Origin: a virus
Reading direction: 5' to 3' (one strand)
Length of the DNA: 64,000 bases
IMG/VR virus record: IMGVR_UViG_3300023296_001674
The notes beneath the pieces are model-generated. The model saw only the letters and a program-made list of their open reading frames with translations. It did no database searches and had not been told where the DNA came from. The position numbers and the translations under genes are program-made. Below are positions 46,793 through 56,948 of this stretch, piece after piece (position 1 is the stretch's first letter; the number at the start of each line of letters is the position of its first letter).

Positions 46793-47572
46793 ATGATAGG
46801 TGCAGTTATTGGTGATATTATTGGTTCTGTTTATGAAATGCATAATCATTTTTCAAAAGATTTTCCATTATTCAATGGTGGAAATTCAATGACCGACGAT
46901 ACAGTTTGCACAGTTGCTATTGCGGATTGTTTGATGAACGGAAACGATGATTTCGATGTATATCTTCGTAAATACTGTTTAGAGAACATCCATGCTGGTT
47001 ATGGTGGAATGTTTATCAAATGGCTTAAGGATGATTCCATTGGCGCATATGATAGTTGGGGTAATGGTGGCGCAATGCGTGTTAGTTCAGTGGCTTATGT
47101 TGCCACTACGTTAGAAGAAGCAATGGATATGGCAAAGCGTACATGTATGGTGACACATAGCCATCCAGAGGGCATAAAAGGCGCACAAGCATTGATATCT
47201 GCAATGTGGTTCGTTAAGGAAGGTCATAACGCTGAAAATATCGAATTAATGATAGAAAATGAATTTGGATATGATTTAAATCAAACAATGGAAGATTTGT
47301 GGAAGACATATGGCGAGTTTGATGTATCTGCTGCTGGCAGTGTGCCGCAAGCTATTATTTGCGCACTACGTTCGACTAGTTATGAAGATGCCATAAGAAA
47401 CGCGGTTTCTATTGGTGGTGATTCTGATACCATTGCGTGTATGGCTGGAGCAATTGCTGAGTTGATGTATGATGGCGTTCCAGATGAGATAAAAGATAAA
47501 GCATTTAGGGCATTGCCGCCTAAATACATTGCAGTTATTGATCAATTTACAAAAAAGTATAATAATGTATAA
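46793..47572 (+). CDS. ADP-ribosylglycohydrolase (DraG/ARH family)
   Basis: GDIIGS, TDDT, GNGGAMR, TH.HPEG, GGDSDT. Confidence 0.93.
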   Translation: MIGAVIGDIIGSVYEMHNHFSKDFPLFNGGNSMTDDTVCTVAIADCLMNGNDDFDVYLRKYCLENIHAGYGGMFIKWLKDDSIGAYDSWGNGGAMRVSSVAYVATTLEEAMDMAKRTCMVTHSHPEGIKGAQALISAMWFVKEGHNAENIELMIENEFGYDLNQTMEDLWKTYGEFDVSAAGSVPQAIICALRSTSYEDAIRNAVSIGGDSDTIACMAGAIAELMYDGVPDEIKDKAFRALPPKYIAVIDQFTKKYNNV

Positions 47573-47738
47573 CGTTATAAAAAATACACCAGTATCTATA
47601 TTTGTGATATTGCTTTTATGGTATATGGCATTGAATTCTGTTATTGTGTTAATGCCATTCGCTATAATTAGTGTTATAATGGCGACGTTTATTATGAAAA
47701 CTGAAATACAAAAAGAAATAGCAATTATAAGGGCATGA
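47565..47738 (+). CDS. small membrane protein
   Basis: Hydrophobic ORF. Confidence 0.5.
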   Translation: MYNVIKNTPVSIFVILLLWYMALNSVIVLMPFAIISVIMATFIMKTEIQKEIAIIRA

Positions 47739-47744
47739 TTATAA

Positions 47745-48485
47745 ATGAGTGACTTAGAAAAGATGCGTGCTGCTGGAAAATTGGCAGCACAAACGTTAGA
47801 TTATCTTAAACATCGTGTTGTTGACGGTATAACCACAAATGAAATTAATAAAGTAGTTCATGACTTCACAATTGACCACGGTGCGATTCCTGCACCTTTG
47901 AATTATAAAGGATTTCCAAAATCTGTATGCACATCAGTTAATCATGTAGTATGTCATGGCATTCCAAGTGATAAGGTGTTGCACGATGGCGATATAGTAA
48001 ACATTGATGTTACAACAATATTAGATGGGTGGCATGGTGATACCAGTAGAACATTTTTGGTGGGAAAACCATCAATTAAAGCAAAGAAATTAGTTGAAAC
48101 AACACGCGAAGCCATGATGCGTGGTATTGAAGTGATAAAACCCGGTGCTACCACTGGCGACATTGGTCATGCAATAGAAAGTTTCGTAAATGGAAAATAT
48201 GGAATAGTTAAAGATTATTGTGGTCATGGTATTGGTGAGGAATTTCACACCAATCCACAAATATTTCATCACGGACAATCAGGAACAGGAACTACTTTGA
48301 TAGAAGGTATGTTTATAACTGTAGAGCCAATGCTTAATATAGGTAAAGACGCAGTAAAAGAGTTATCGGATGGTTGGACGGTTGTTACGCGTGATCGCAG
48401 TTTAAGTGCGCAATTTGAGCATACTATAGCAGTTGTTGCTGATGGTTATGAAATATTAACACTGTCCGACAATGACCGCATTTAA
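47745..48485 (+). CDS. map: methionine aminopeptidase type I
   Basis: CTSVN.VVCHGIP, DVT..GWHGDTS, GHGIG, EPM, SAQFEHT. Confidence 0.96.
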   Translation: MSDLEKMRAAGKLAAQTLDYLKHRVVDGITTNEINKVVHDFTIDHGAIPAPLNYKGFPKSVCTSVNHVVCHGIPSDKVLHDGDIVNIDVTTILDGWHGDTSRTFLVGKPSIKAKKLVETTREAMMRGIEVIKPGATTGDIGHAIESFVNGKYGIVKDYCGHGIGEEFHTNPQIFHHGQSGTGTTLIEGMFITVEPMLNIGKDAVKELSDGWTVVTRDRSLSAQFEHTIAVVADGYEILTLSDNDRI

Positions 48486-49215
48486 AATATTACTTGCAAA
48501 TGGCTGTAGTGTAGCACATGGAACTGAAATGGTTGATTGTCCAATAATAGACGAATATATTGACGGTAATCCCAGTAAATTTGCATGGCCTCAGTTGTTA
48601 GGTGACGAATTATTATTAGAAACCAAAAATATATCCAAACCTGGTGGTAGTAATGAGCGAATATCACGAACTACTATTGAACATGTGTTGACATTGTTAA
48701 AACAATATAAAAATGATGAAATATTGGTTGGTATCATGTTTTCACATATGAATAGATTTGAATATCCCGACGACGGATCGAATTTTTGGAATACTTATGG
48801 TCATTGGTATATTGATAATAAAATCGACGAAAAATTTGTAGAACGTATAATATTAAACGATTATTATATGATTTATAAAACATTGCAGTCAATTCATGCG
48901 TTGCAGATGTTTTTGCATAACCACAATATATGTTATTTTATGAGTTTTATTAAATCGAGTGTTACGCATGGCGAAAACAATCACATGAGTTTTATGTCTG
49001 AATTAGATTTTGAATATTTATTCGATGATATAGATTGGGATAAATTTTTTTATGTAGTGGGTAAAAATAATAAAAATATTTCTATTATGAATTTAGGTAG
49101 TGATAATAAAATGAAAAGAGGCCCATATAATCATTTTCTTGAAGACACGCACAAATTATACACCGATCATCTTATTCCTTGGGTTAAAAATAGATTTATT
49201 GACAAAATCACTTGA
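48472..49215 (+). CDS. SGNH-like protein (DUF6071-like)
   Basis: ANGCS, GGSNERISR, H...TH. Confidence 0.65.
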   Translation: MTAFKILLANGCSVAHGTEMVDCPIIDEYIDGNPSKFAWPQLLGDELLLETKNISKPGGSNERISRTTIEHVLTLLKQYKNDEILVGIMFSHMNRFEYPDDGSNFWNTYGHWYIDNKIDEKFVERIILNDYYMIYKTLQSIHALQMFLHNHNICYFMSFIKSSVTHGENNHMSFMSELDFEYLFDDIDWDKFFYVVGKNNKNISIMNLGSDNKMKRGPYNHFLEDTHKLYTDHLIPWVKNRFIDKIT

Positions 49216-49248
49216 CAAATAACTGTAATATGGTATAAATATCTATAA

Positions 49249-49362
49249 GATTGATTTGAATGGGTTCCGGCGTAACGGATAACTGCCCTAAAGGATACTT
49301 TGTTGTGCACGATAAAGAGTGTTTAAGTTCCGACTATAGCAGAGGTAGACTTCAAGTTAATT
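49249..49362 (+). ncRNA. structured RNA candidate
   Basis: gattgatttgaa/ttcaagttaatt closing stem; downstream of a TTGACA promoter. Confidence 0.35.
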
Positions 49363-49369
49363 TTACTAT

Positions 49370-49473
49370 GTGACCGTGGTGGAAAGTTGGTATACACGGC
49401 CCTTCAAGATTAATTACGTCTTGAAAGAGTCCCTGAGTATTCAGGTTTGAAGGTTCGATGCCTTTCGGTTACA
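49370..49473 (+). ncRNA. tRNA-like RNA with elongated anticodon stem
   Basis: gtgaccg/cggttac, D arm, ttcaaga/tcttgaa extension, variable arm cctga/tcagg, T arm. Confidence 0.65.
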
Positions 49474-49518
49474 CATATTTAACCCGTTGTTGAAAATTAC
49501 AGAAAGTGTTAATGAAAT

Positions 49519-50067
49519 ATGGCAAAATTTATAAAGATAGACCAGATTGACGTTCTGGAAGCAGCAGAGTTTGTCGCACCGTTATATGTAATGGTAGCTG
49601 GCGGCATGGGTGCAGGAAAATCGTTCATTATGGAAAAACACGTCAAATCATTAACTATGGTCGACATTGATGAAGTTATGGTTAAATTAGGATTCACCGA
49701 ATATACCCCGGCTCAATTTGCGATTGCCATGAAAACAGTTTCTGAACAAATGTATAGGCATATGAAAAAATTCACTAGCGTTATAGCGATGGGAACAGCC
49801 AGTAAACTACCAACCGCAATCAACCGCTTATATGATGCAAAGAATAAAGGATATGAAACTGTATTAGTTCATGTTGACACACCAATTGATCAAGCAGTCA
49901 TGCAAAATAGAACTAGACTTGTATATGGCACACATGGTGTTTCCGATGAAAATGAATATAAGATTAGACAAACCGCAATCGGTGCTGCTAACACAGTAGC
50001 AACGTTACGCGAAACAAATTTGGTTGATTATTTTGTGTTTTACGATAATACTAGAAAGGATTTTTAA
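49519..50067 (+). CDS. P-loop kinase (zeta-toxin/AAA_33-like)
   Basis: AGGMGAGKS, D.DE, A..QN.R. Confidence 0.7.
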   Translation: MAKFIKIDQIDVLEAAEFVAPLYVMVAGGMGAGKSFIMEKHVKSLTMVDIDEVMVKLGFTEYTPAQFAIAMKTVSEQMYRHMKKFTSVIAMGTASKLPTAINRLYDAKNKGYETVLVHVDTPIDQAVMQNRTRLVYGTHGVSDENEYKIRQTAIGAANTVATLRETNLVDYFVFYDNTRKDF

Positions 50068-50069
50068 TA

Positions 50070-51281
50070 ATGAATGAGTTATGGGTATTATTTTTACAAG
50101 TATTTGATATGACGTTTTTTGGCATGACCACTTCGCATATATTGGGTGGTTCCATTGTGTTGTTATTGTTTATTGTTTTGCGAAAATTGTTCGCGAAAAC
50201 AGTTGTTGCATATTTGACTAAAATGGCTAAAAAAACTAAAAATGAATATGATGATCAAGTCCTAGAAGCGATAACTGAACCCATTAAATTGGTTCCTATT
50301 GTCTTTGGTATATTCTTTTTAACGCAATGGTTCGCGCTTCCGGTTGATATCGTAACGATGTTGCTCAATTTGACAAAATCTATGATTGCATTTGCGTTAT
50401 TTTGGGCGGTATATAATTTATTGGAACCATTCACTGTGTTATTGGAGAGTGTTTTGACTAAAATAACCGCAGACAACGAAACATTATATGCAGAAGAATT
50501 TACAGGATTGATTGTCAAAGGATTGCGCATCACTGTAGTGGGTGTTGGTGGCATCATCGTCCTATCACAATGGGGCGTGGATGTTATGCCTGTATTGGGC
50601 GGATTGGGTATTATGGGCATGGCTTTTGCTTTTGGTGCACAAGATTCTATTGCTAATATTTTTGGCGGTGTAAAGATTTTGCTGGATGGTCAATTTAAAC
50701 GGGGAGATTGGATTAAAACGCCAGATATTGAAGGAACTGTAATGGAGATTGGTATCGCAACCACAAAAGTTCGTGAGTTCGACAAAGCGGTTACATCTAT
50801 TCCTAATAAGCAGTTATCTGATGCGACAATCAAAAATTATAGTAAAATGACCAATCGTCGAGTTAAGATGACATTGGGTCTTGAATATAGTTCTACTGCA
50901 AATCAATTAGAGAATGTAGTTGACCGTATTAAAGAATATTTGCAAAACAATCCCACGGTAGCCCAACCTGGCATCGATAAGGTTGTTCAGATGGTGCATT
51001 TGGTGAACTTTGCTGGTTCCTCTATTGATATTAGTTTGTATTACTTTACCAAAACGATAAAATGGACTGAATGGCGTGAAAACGTTCAAGATGATATGTT
51101 GGCATTCAAGCGAATCGTTGAAAAAGAGGGTGCAGCCTTTGCCTTTCCTAGCCAAAGTATGTATCTTGAATCAACGCCAACCAAACCTAAATCGGTTGAA
51201 GACGTTCCACGATTGGCGTATGTTGGTAAGAAAAATGTGGCACAGGCGGGTGATGATGAAGAAGGTGACGGAGATGGCTAA
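50070..51281 (+). CDS. mscS: small-conductance mechanosensitive channel
   Basis: AFGAQD.IAN.FGG, GDWI, EG.V.EIG..TT, IPN, FAFPSQ. Confidence 0.92.
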   Translation: MNELWVLFLQVFDMTFFGMTTSHILGGSIVLLLFIVLRKLFAKTVVAYLTKMAKKTKNEYDDQVLEAITEPIKLVPIVFGIFFLTQWFALPVDIVTMLLNLTKSMIAFALFWAVYNLLEPFTVLLESVLTKITADNETLYAEEFTGLIVKGLRITVVGVGGIIVLSQWGVDVMPVLGGLGIMGMAFAFGAQDSIANIFGGVKILLDGQFKRGDWIKTPDIEGTVMEIGIATTKVREFDKAVTSIPNKQLSDATIKNYSKMTNRRVKMTLGLEYSSTANQLENVVDRIKEYLQNNPTVAQPGIDKVVQMVHLVNFAGSSIDISLYYFTKTIKWTEWRENVQDDMLAFKRIVEKEGAAFAFPSQSMYLESTPTKPKSVEDVPRLAYVGKKNVAQAGDDEEGDGDG

Positions 51282-51320
51282 TAAATATAATTGTAAATTT
51301 AATTGGAGTGTCAATACTAA

Positions 51321-52481
51321 ATGGAAGACGAATCTATAAACAAATATAATTCATGGTGTAAATGGCATCCTCTTAAGACGGTTATGTTGGGAAGATCATA
51401 TTATCCTGAATATTATCGTGATATAAAAAATGCAAAAATCAAAGATTGTCTTGTTCGCATCGCAGAAGAAACAGAAGAAGATTTTTTGAATTATAAAAAA
51501 GTGCTTGAGGATTTCGGCTGTGATGTTATTAGGCCAGATTTGAATATATCCGATTCCATTATGGATGATATGGATAATGGTAAAATACAAACACTTCAAC
51601 GACCTCCAGCGCAAGTTCGAGACGCACAGTTGGTAATTGGCAATGAACTTGTTTATACATCAAGAGATCATCCTGCGATTCGTGAAAAATTGCAAGAATA
51701 TAATAATTCCGACGTTAATGATTGTTATGAAAAATTCAAATTTATTAGACGAGACAGTTATCATTCAAAAATGACGAACGAATGGCCTTCTTATGATGAT
51801 TACATGGCTGATAATTTTGGCACAATTGACGACAGTGCATTAAAAGAAATTAACGAATTCATTCGTGATATAAATCGTAGATATAATTTTTCTGGACCAC
51901 ATATGACATGTGTTGGAAATCGAATATATTTAGACACCAAAGAAGTTCACAAAGAAGTATGGGACACGTTAATCGCTGATTATCCAGATCATGAATTTGT
52001 ACAAGTTAAGATTGGCGGTCATAATGATGCGTGTTTTCATACATTGAAAGAAGGTGCCATATTATCACTACATCGGTATGAAGATTATTCAGAGACATTT
52101 CCTGGTTGGGACGTATGCTATCTACCGAACCAATCATGGGATTTGGTTAAACCATTTCGTGATTTAAAACGACAAAATTCTGGAAAATGGTGGCTACCAG
52201 GTGAAGAAAAAAACGATGATTTTACTAATTTTGTTGAGGCTTGGCTACAAGAATGGGTTGGATATTGTGAAGAAACCGTTTTTGATGTTAATGTATTGAT
52301 GCTTGATGATAAGCATGTATGTGTCAATAATTATAATAAAACAGTATTTGATTATCTAAAAAAACATAATATAGAACCCATTATTTCTCCATTTAGGCAT
52401 AGATTTTTTTGGGACGGTGGGTTGCATTGTATCACGTTGGATTTATTTCGTGAAGGATCGATGGAAAATTACTTTAAATGA
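51321..52481 (+). CDS. amidinotransferase-family protein
   Basis: W.PL..V.LG, GGH.D, F.DGGLHCIT. Confidence 0.75.
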   Translation: MEDESINKYNSWCKWHPLKTVMLGRSYYPEYYRDIKNAKIKDCLVRIAEETEEDFLNYKKVLEDFGCDVIRPDLNISDSIMDDMDNGKIQTLQRPPAQVRDAQLVIGNELVYTSRDHPAIREKLQEYNNSDVNDCYEKFKFIRRDSYHSKMTNEWPSYDDYMADNFGTIDDSALKEINEFIRDINRRYNFSGPHMTCVGNRIYLDTKEVHKEVWDTLIADYPDHEFVQVKIGGHNDACFHTLKEGAILSLHRYEDYSETFPGWDVCYLPNQSWDLVKPFRDLKRQNSGKWWLPGEEKNDDFTNFVEAWLQEWVGYCEETVFDVNVLMLDDKHVCVNNYNKTVFDYLKKHNIEPIISPFRHRFFWDGGLHCITLDLFREGSMENYFK

Positions 52482-53713
52482 AATCAAATTTTTGTATACT
52501 TCCATGGATACATTCTTACACCGATAATTCAGGAAACAGGCGGCTATGTTGCAAGAGTAATGCCAATATCGGAACGGTTGATACACCGCTAAAAGAGTTT
52601 TGGCATGGTGATGAAATGAAAGATATACGAACGCGTATTCTAAACAATGAGCGCATAGATGAATGTAAAAGTTGTTGGATATCTGAAGACAAAGGTTTGA
52701 TATCTATGCGTCAGGTTCAAACCAATGAGTGGGCTACAGAAGTTTCATTAAAACCAGAAGCAGCGTTAATAACACCCATTGAAGATATTGAAGTTATAAC
52801 ACCACAAATGCCGTTTGTGTTTTTAATCGGTGCAGGATCGTTATGCAATTTAAAATGCAGAATGTGTGGTCCCAATAATAGCAATCTCATAGAAAAGGAA
52901 ATGAAAATACATTTCCCAACAGAACAGTATTTCAATAAAACGGGCAAAGAAGAATGGTTTAACGATCAAGACACCAGAGATGAAATGCTCGATATAATGT
53001 CAAACAATACCTATAATTTTATAGAATTGGTCGGCGGAGAGCCATTATTGAATCCGTTGATAATAGATTTTTTGAATTCATGTGTTAAAACTAGAATATC
53101 CGAAAAGACCGTTATCAAAATTGTTACAAATGGTACAATTGTATCAACGGAATTATTGAATATATGTGAAAAATTTTATAGATGTAAAGTGTCTTTTAGT
53201 ATAGATGGCGTCGAAGCAGAACAAGAATATATAAGATTCCCATCAAGATGGAGTAAGGTATCTACAAATTTAATAACAGTTATGAAATATTTTAAAGACA
53301 AACCTCATTGTTCAATGAAAATCGGATGTACCGTTCAATTGTTTAACATTTTAAATTTGGATAAATTTTTATTATGGTTAGAAGTTTTGAAAAAAGATCA
53401 TGATTTAGAGGCAACAATAGGACTTAGTATATTACAGTTTCCCGAAATGTATAGATTGGAAATGCTGCCGATAGAAACAAGAAAAATGATAGCCGATAGA
53501 TTACAGCCGTTTGTGAATAGTGAATATTTAATACAGCAACATTCAAGACCTCTATCTGATTTGGTCGATTGGCTCAGAACACACGATAAGTGCATATATG
53601 ATGAAAACAAAGATCGTTTTTGGTTCAAATCGAATACAATGGACAGAGTAAGAAAGCAAGATATTAAAACGGCATTACCAGAACTATATAATATATTAAA
53701 AAATCAAGATTGA
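52478..53713 (+). CDS. radical SAM protein with twitch/SPASM domain
   Basis: FC.LPW, CC, CNLKCRMC, GGEP, TNGT, SIDG. Confidence 0.88.
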   Translation: MKSNFCILPWIHSYTDNSGNRRLCCKSNANIGTVDTPLKEFWHGDEMKDIRTRILNNERIDECKSCWISEDKGLISMRQVQTNEWATEVSLKPEAALITPIEDIEVITPQMPFVFLIGAGSLCNLKCRMCGPNNSNLIEKEMKIHFPTEQYFNKTGKEEWFNDQDTRDEMLDIMSNNTYNFIELVGGEPLLNPLIIDFLNSCVKTRISEKTVIKIVTNGTIVSTELLNICEKFYRCKVSFSIDGVEAEQEYIRFPSRWSKVSTNLITVMKYFKDKPHCSMKIGCTVQLFNILNLDKFLLWLEVLKKDHDLEATIGLSILQFPEMYRLEMLPIETRKMIADRLQPFVNSEYLIQQHSRPLSDLVDWLRTHDKCIYDENKDRFWFKSNTMDRVRKQDIKTALPELYNILKNQD

Positions 53714-55035
53714 TTCATCTCTTTCATTTCTGGGCATAGTTCAAAATAATTTTGATTTCGTTCTTTATCTAGCATGTTTGTATACGAGTTGAATTGCTCG
53801 ATCATTTTTTGATCTTTGGATACATTGTTGTGAAGATATTCAATCGTTGCTTTGATGTTTTGTATATTTTGATTGTAAACATGGGTATATTCTTCGGTTA
53901 CATCGTATTGTGTTTGTAGAATAATTTCCAAACGTTCGATAGCCTTTTGGCGCAAGTTGTCTGTTAATATATTCACGCATAGATATGGCGGATTCATTAA
54001 TAAATTTAGATTTATACGCATTTTATTTTTTATGATAAAATCGAGGAATTTATCAAGATATAAAACAGTGTACATATTTACAGTGCATACCACCGTAAAT
54101 CCGAATTTAGATGTTCCGTGTTTTTCCTCGAGATTTGCATATGTCAACATGTGCTTTTTTATAGTATCCCAATTGCTTGGATATCTTGAATATTCTTGAA
54201 TATCACCATAACCATCAACTGATCCACACGCCCATACCGCTTTAAATTGTTGTATTAAATCTAAAAATGATGGTTTGATGTTTGTAAGGTTTGATACAAA
54301 CACGAATTCGAGATTGTCAGCATAACCTTTGTCGACACACGACTGCAATAAATCGTGCAATGGTTTAATCAAACTTGGTTCACCACCAGTTGCTTCTAAT
54401 CTACGGATATTGGGTAAATGTTCGTGTATTTCTTCCCATACCCTTGGATTTTCAACCCATGAATTTATTTCTTCATTTTGACCTTCATATATTTTATTAG
54501 ATGACAATAACGGCATGGATTCGGTTAAAGTTGGATATTTTTTTTGTAACGTCAGTGTTTCTTTTAGTATTTCACTACTAGATATGCCGTCGCATATTCT
54601 ACATTTTAAGTTACATAAATTACCGAGTTTCAAGTCGAATTGTATTGGCAGTTTATCGGTGTGTCCAGTTTCGGATGTTTGTTCCACTAATGTGTTTATT
54701 TCGTCGTCGGTATAACGATCATTGCTTCTGTTTCGTGCACTATATTTACCAGATTCTTCTTCGGTGTAACATCTTTTACACCAATCCAGTTTTTCACCTG
54801 AAAGCATTTTTAATCTTGCTTCCTTCATTGCATCTGCATTCCAATATTCTTTTAAGGTATGTGTGTTCCAGTTGAACGCTTTAGTGTGTTTTGTTATTGG
54901 TTCTATGTTTTCTGGCATTCCACCTTCTGCAATAGTTCCTTCGTTGCTATGACAGCACAATCTAAAGTTTCCATTAGGGCGATGTGTGGTATAAACCCAC
55001 GGTACGGTACAGAATGTTTTATTTGAATCGTCCAT
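53704..55035 (-). CDS. radical SAM protein with twitch/SPASM domain
   Basis: FC.VPW, CNLKCRIC, GGEP, SVDG..EY.RYPS.W. Confidence 0.88.
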   Translation of the reverse strand: MDDSNKTFCTVPWVYTTHRPNGNFRLCCHSNEGTIAEGGMPENIEPITKHTKAFNWNTHTLKEYWNADAMKEARLKMLSGEKLDWCKRCYTEEESGKYSARNRSNDRYTDDEINTLVEQTSETGHTDKLPIQFDLKLGNLCNLKCRICDGISSSEILKETLTLQKKYPTLTESMPLLSSNKIYEGQNEEINSWVENPRVWEEIHEHLPNIRRLEATGGEPSLIKPLHDLLQSCVDKGYADNLEFVFVSNLTNIKPSFLDLIQQFKAVWACGSVDGYGDIQEYSRYPSNWDTIKKHMLTYANLEEKHGTSKFGFTVVCTVNMYTVLYLDKFLDFIIKNKMRINLNLLMNPPYLCVNILTDNLRQKAIERLEIILQTQYDVTEEYTHVYNQNIQNIKATIEYLHNNVSKDQKMIEQFNSYTNMLDKERNQNYFELCPEMKEMNQS

Positions 55036-55115
55036 TTTTATCTCGTTATTAATAGTTTAAATGTATGTGTAATTATATCATATATTTGTCATTATAGTCA
55101 ATGATAAATATATTT

Positions 55116-55916
55116 ATGGATATGGATAATGATGCTGATTTTTTAATAACTGAACACAACTGGATGTATAATGATGGCATACCTCATGGTCAAATGGGGG
55201 GTGCAAAAATTCGTAAATGGTCTGGTCCTGATTCTGAAAAAAACTTTAATAAAAACAAACCAGCCGGTTGGACTAAAGATAGTATAACATACGAATATAA
55301 TCAACATGGTTATAGATCAATTGATTTTGTGGAAAACGATAATTTCACAGTTGCTAGTTATGGGTGCAGTTATGTGGTTGGTGTAGGAATAAAACAAGAA
55401 GACACTTGGGCGCAAAAATTATGTAACAAAATTGAACACCATGATGATATACCAGTAAATAATTTTAATTTTGGAATTGGTGCATCTAGTATGGATATGA
55501 TATGTAGAACTATGTATAAATCATTACCTATCATAAAACCTGATTTAGTAACAATATTGTTTACTACGCCATATAGATTTGAATTACATGATGACGATGG
55601 TTACGCGAGACAACTATCTTCGGGTGGAACAAGGAAAAAAATATTTGAAATAATTGGCAATTATAATTCATGTCAAAATAATTTCGATAAGAATTTTATC
55701 GCTATTGATGCATTAATGCATAATTTAAACATTCCATGGATGTTTTCGATTTGGGGTTCTAAAAAACCAGCATTGGAAAGTCATATAAATTTTGTAGAGT
55801 ATTTTGATAAGCATTACGATGGAGATGATATGGCACGCGATTTACAGCATCCCGGAGTATTGCGAAATGATAGAATGGCAGAAAATTTCTTCCAAAAATA
55901 TAAGCAAAGAGATTGA
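55116..55916 (+). CDS. SGNH-like protein
   Basis: N..GYRS, GCS...G.G, ARDL.HPG. Confidence 0.7.
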   Translation: MDMDNDADFLITEHNWMYNDGIPHGQMGGAKIRKWSGPDSEKNFNKNKPAGWTKDSITYEYNQHGYRSIDFVENDNFTVASYGCSYVVGVGIKQEDTWAQKLCNKIEHHDDIPVNNFNFGIGASSMDMICRTMYKSLPIIKPDLVTILFTTPYRFELHDDDGYARQLSSGGTRKKIFEIIGNYNSCQNNFDKNFIAIDALMHNLNIPWMFSIWGSKKPALESHINFVEYFDKHYDGDDMARDLQHPGVLRNDRMAENFFQKYKQRD

Positions 55917-55919
55917 GAT

Positions 55920-56948
55920 ATGAATGATGATTATTCTAAAGGGCATTATTGGGCACTCAACGAAGTGCCACAAACTAAATTTGCTGGATTAAACGACCAA
56001 CAATGGTTGTCGACTGATTCCGAGTCCGCGTTTGATAAAAATAAACCAAATGGTTGGTCCAAAGATAGTATAACATATAATTTGAATAAACATGGTTATA
56101 GATCAGATGAATTTATCGATGATGAACGATTTACTATTGTGAATTATGGGTGTAGCAGCACACTGGGCGTAGGCGTGAAGCACGAAGATGTATGGACGCA
56201 TAAACTATCAACTAAAATTCAATCACGGAACGGGGTGGATGTTAAAACTTATAATTTGGGTGTTGGTGGTGCCAGTATGGATATGATATGTAGAACTATA
56301 TATCAAACACTGCCTATCTTAAAACCAGATTTAATTTTTGTGTTATTTACAAATCCATATAGATTTGAATTTCAAGACGATGATGGATTTGTTGCTCAAA
56401 TAATAGCACCCGATAAAGATACCGAAAAATTATACGAAACCGTCGCAAATCAATATTCATGTGAAAATAATTTTTATAAGAATTTTTACATAATGGAAGC
56501 AATGTTTGCGAGATATAATAAACCGTGGTTGTTTTCATCAACTATTGAGCAATCAGATATATTGAGCACACATGATAATTTTGCAGGATATTTCGATGAT
56601 CATTATAAAACTAATGACTATGCCAGAGATTTACGTCATGCTGGTATAAAAACCCATGACAATATGGCAGAAAATTTCTTTAATACATATAAACAATTTG
56701 ATAAAATGGATAATGCAAAAAAAATAATTGATTTTTTGACGAATTATATCGGAGAAGAATGGTTAAAACACAACAATATAACGATATCAAAAGAAACAAC
56801 ATTTTCTGAGTTGAATTTTGATTTATTTGACGAATCTGCTACAATAAGGTTTTTGCGAACCGGTGATTATTGTATGTATTATGAAAATAATGAATGGTTT
56901 CATGCGGTGAGCGATTTGATAGATTATGTTATAGGAAATAAATCATGA
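55920..56948 (+). CDS. SGNH-like protein with C-terminal ACP-like domain
   Basis: Tandem paralog of 55116; tail ETTFSELNFDLFD..VSDLIDYV. Confidence 0.65.
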   Translation: MNDDYSKGHYWALNEVPQTKFAGLNDQQWLSTDSESAFDKNKPNGWSKDSITYNLNKHGYRSDEFIDDERFTIVNYGCSSTLGVGVKHEDVWTHKLSTKIQSRNGVDVKTYNLGVGGASMDMICRTIYQTLPILKPDLIFVLFTNPYRFEFQDDDGFVAQIIAPDKDTEKLYETVANQYSCENNFYKNFYIMEAMFARYNKPWLFSSTIEQSDILSTHDNFAGYFDDHYKTNDYARDLRHAGIKTHDNMAENFFNTYKQFDKMDNAKKIIDFLTNYIGEEWLKHNNITISKETTFSELNFDLFDESATIRFLRTGDYCMYYENNEWFHAVSDLIDYVIGNKS

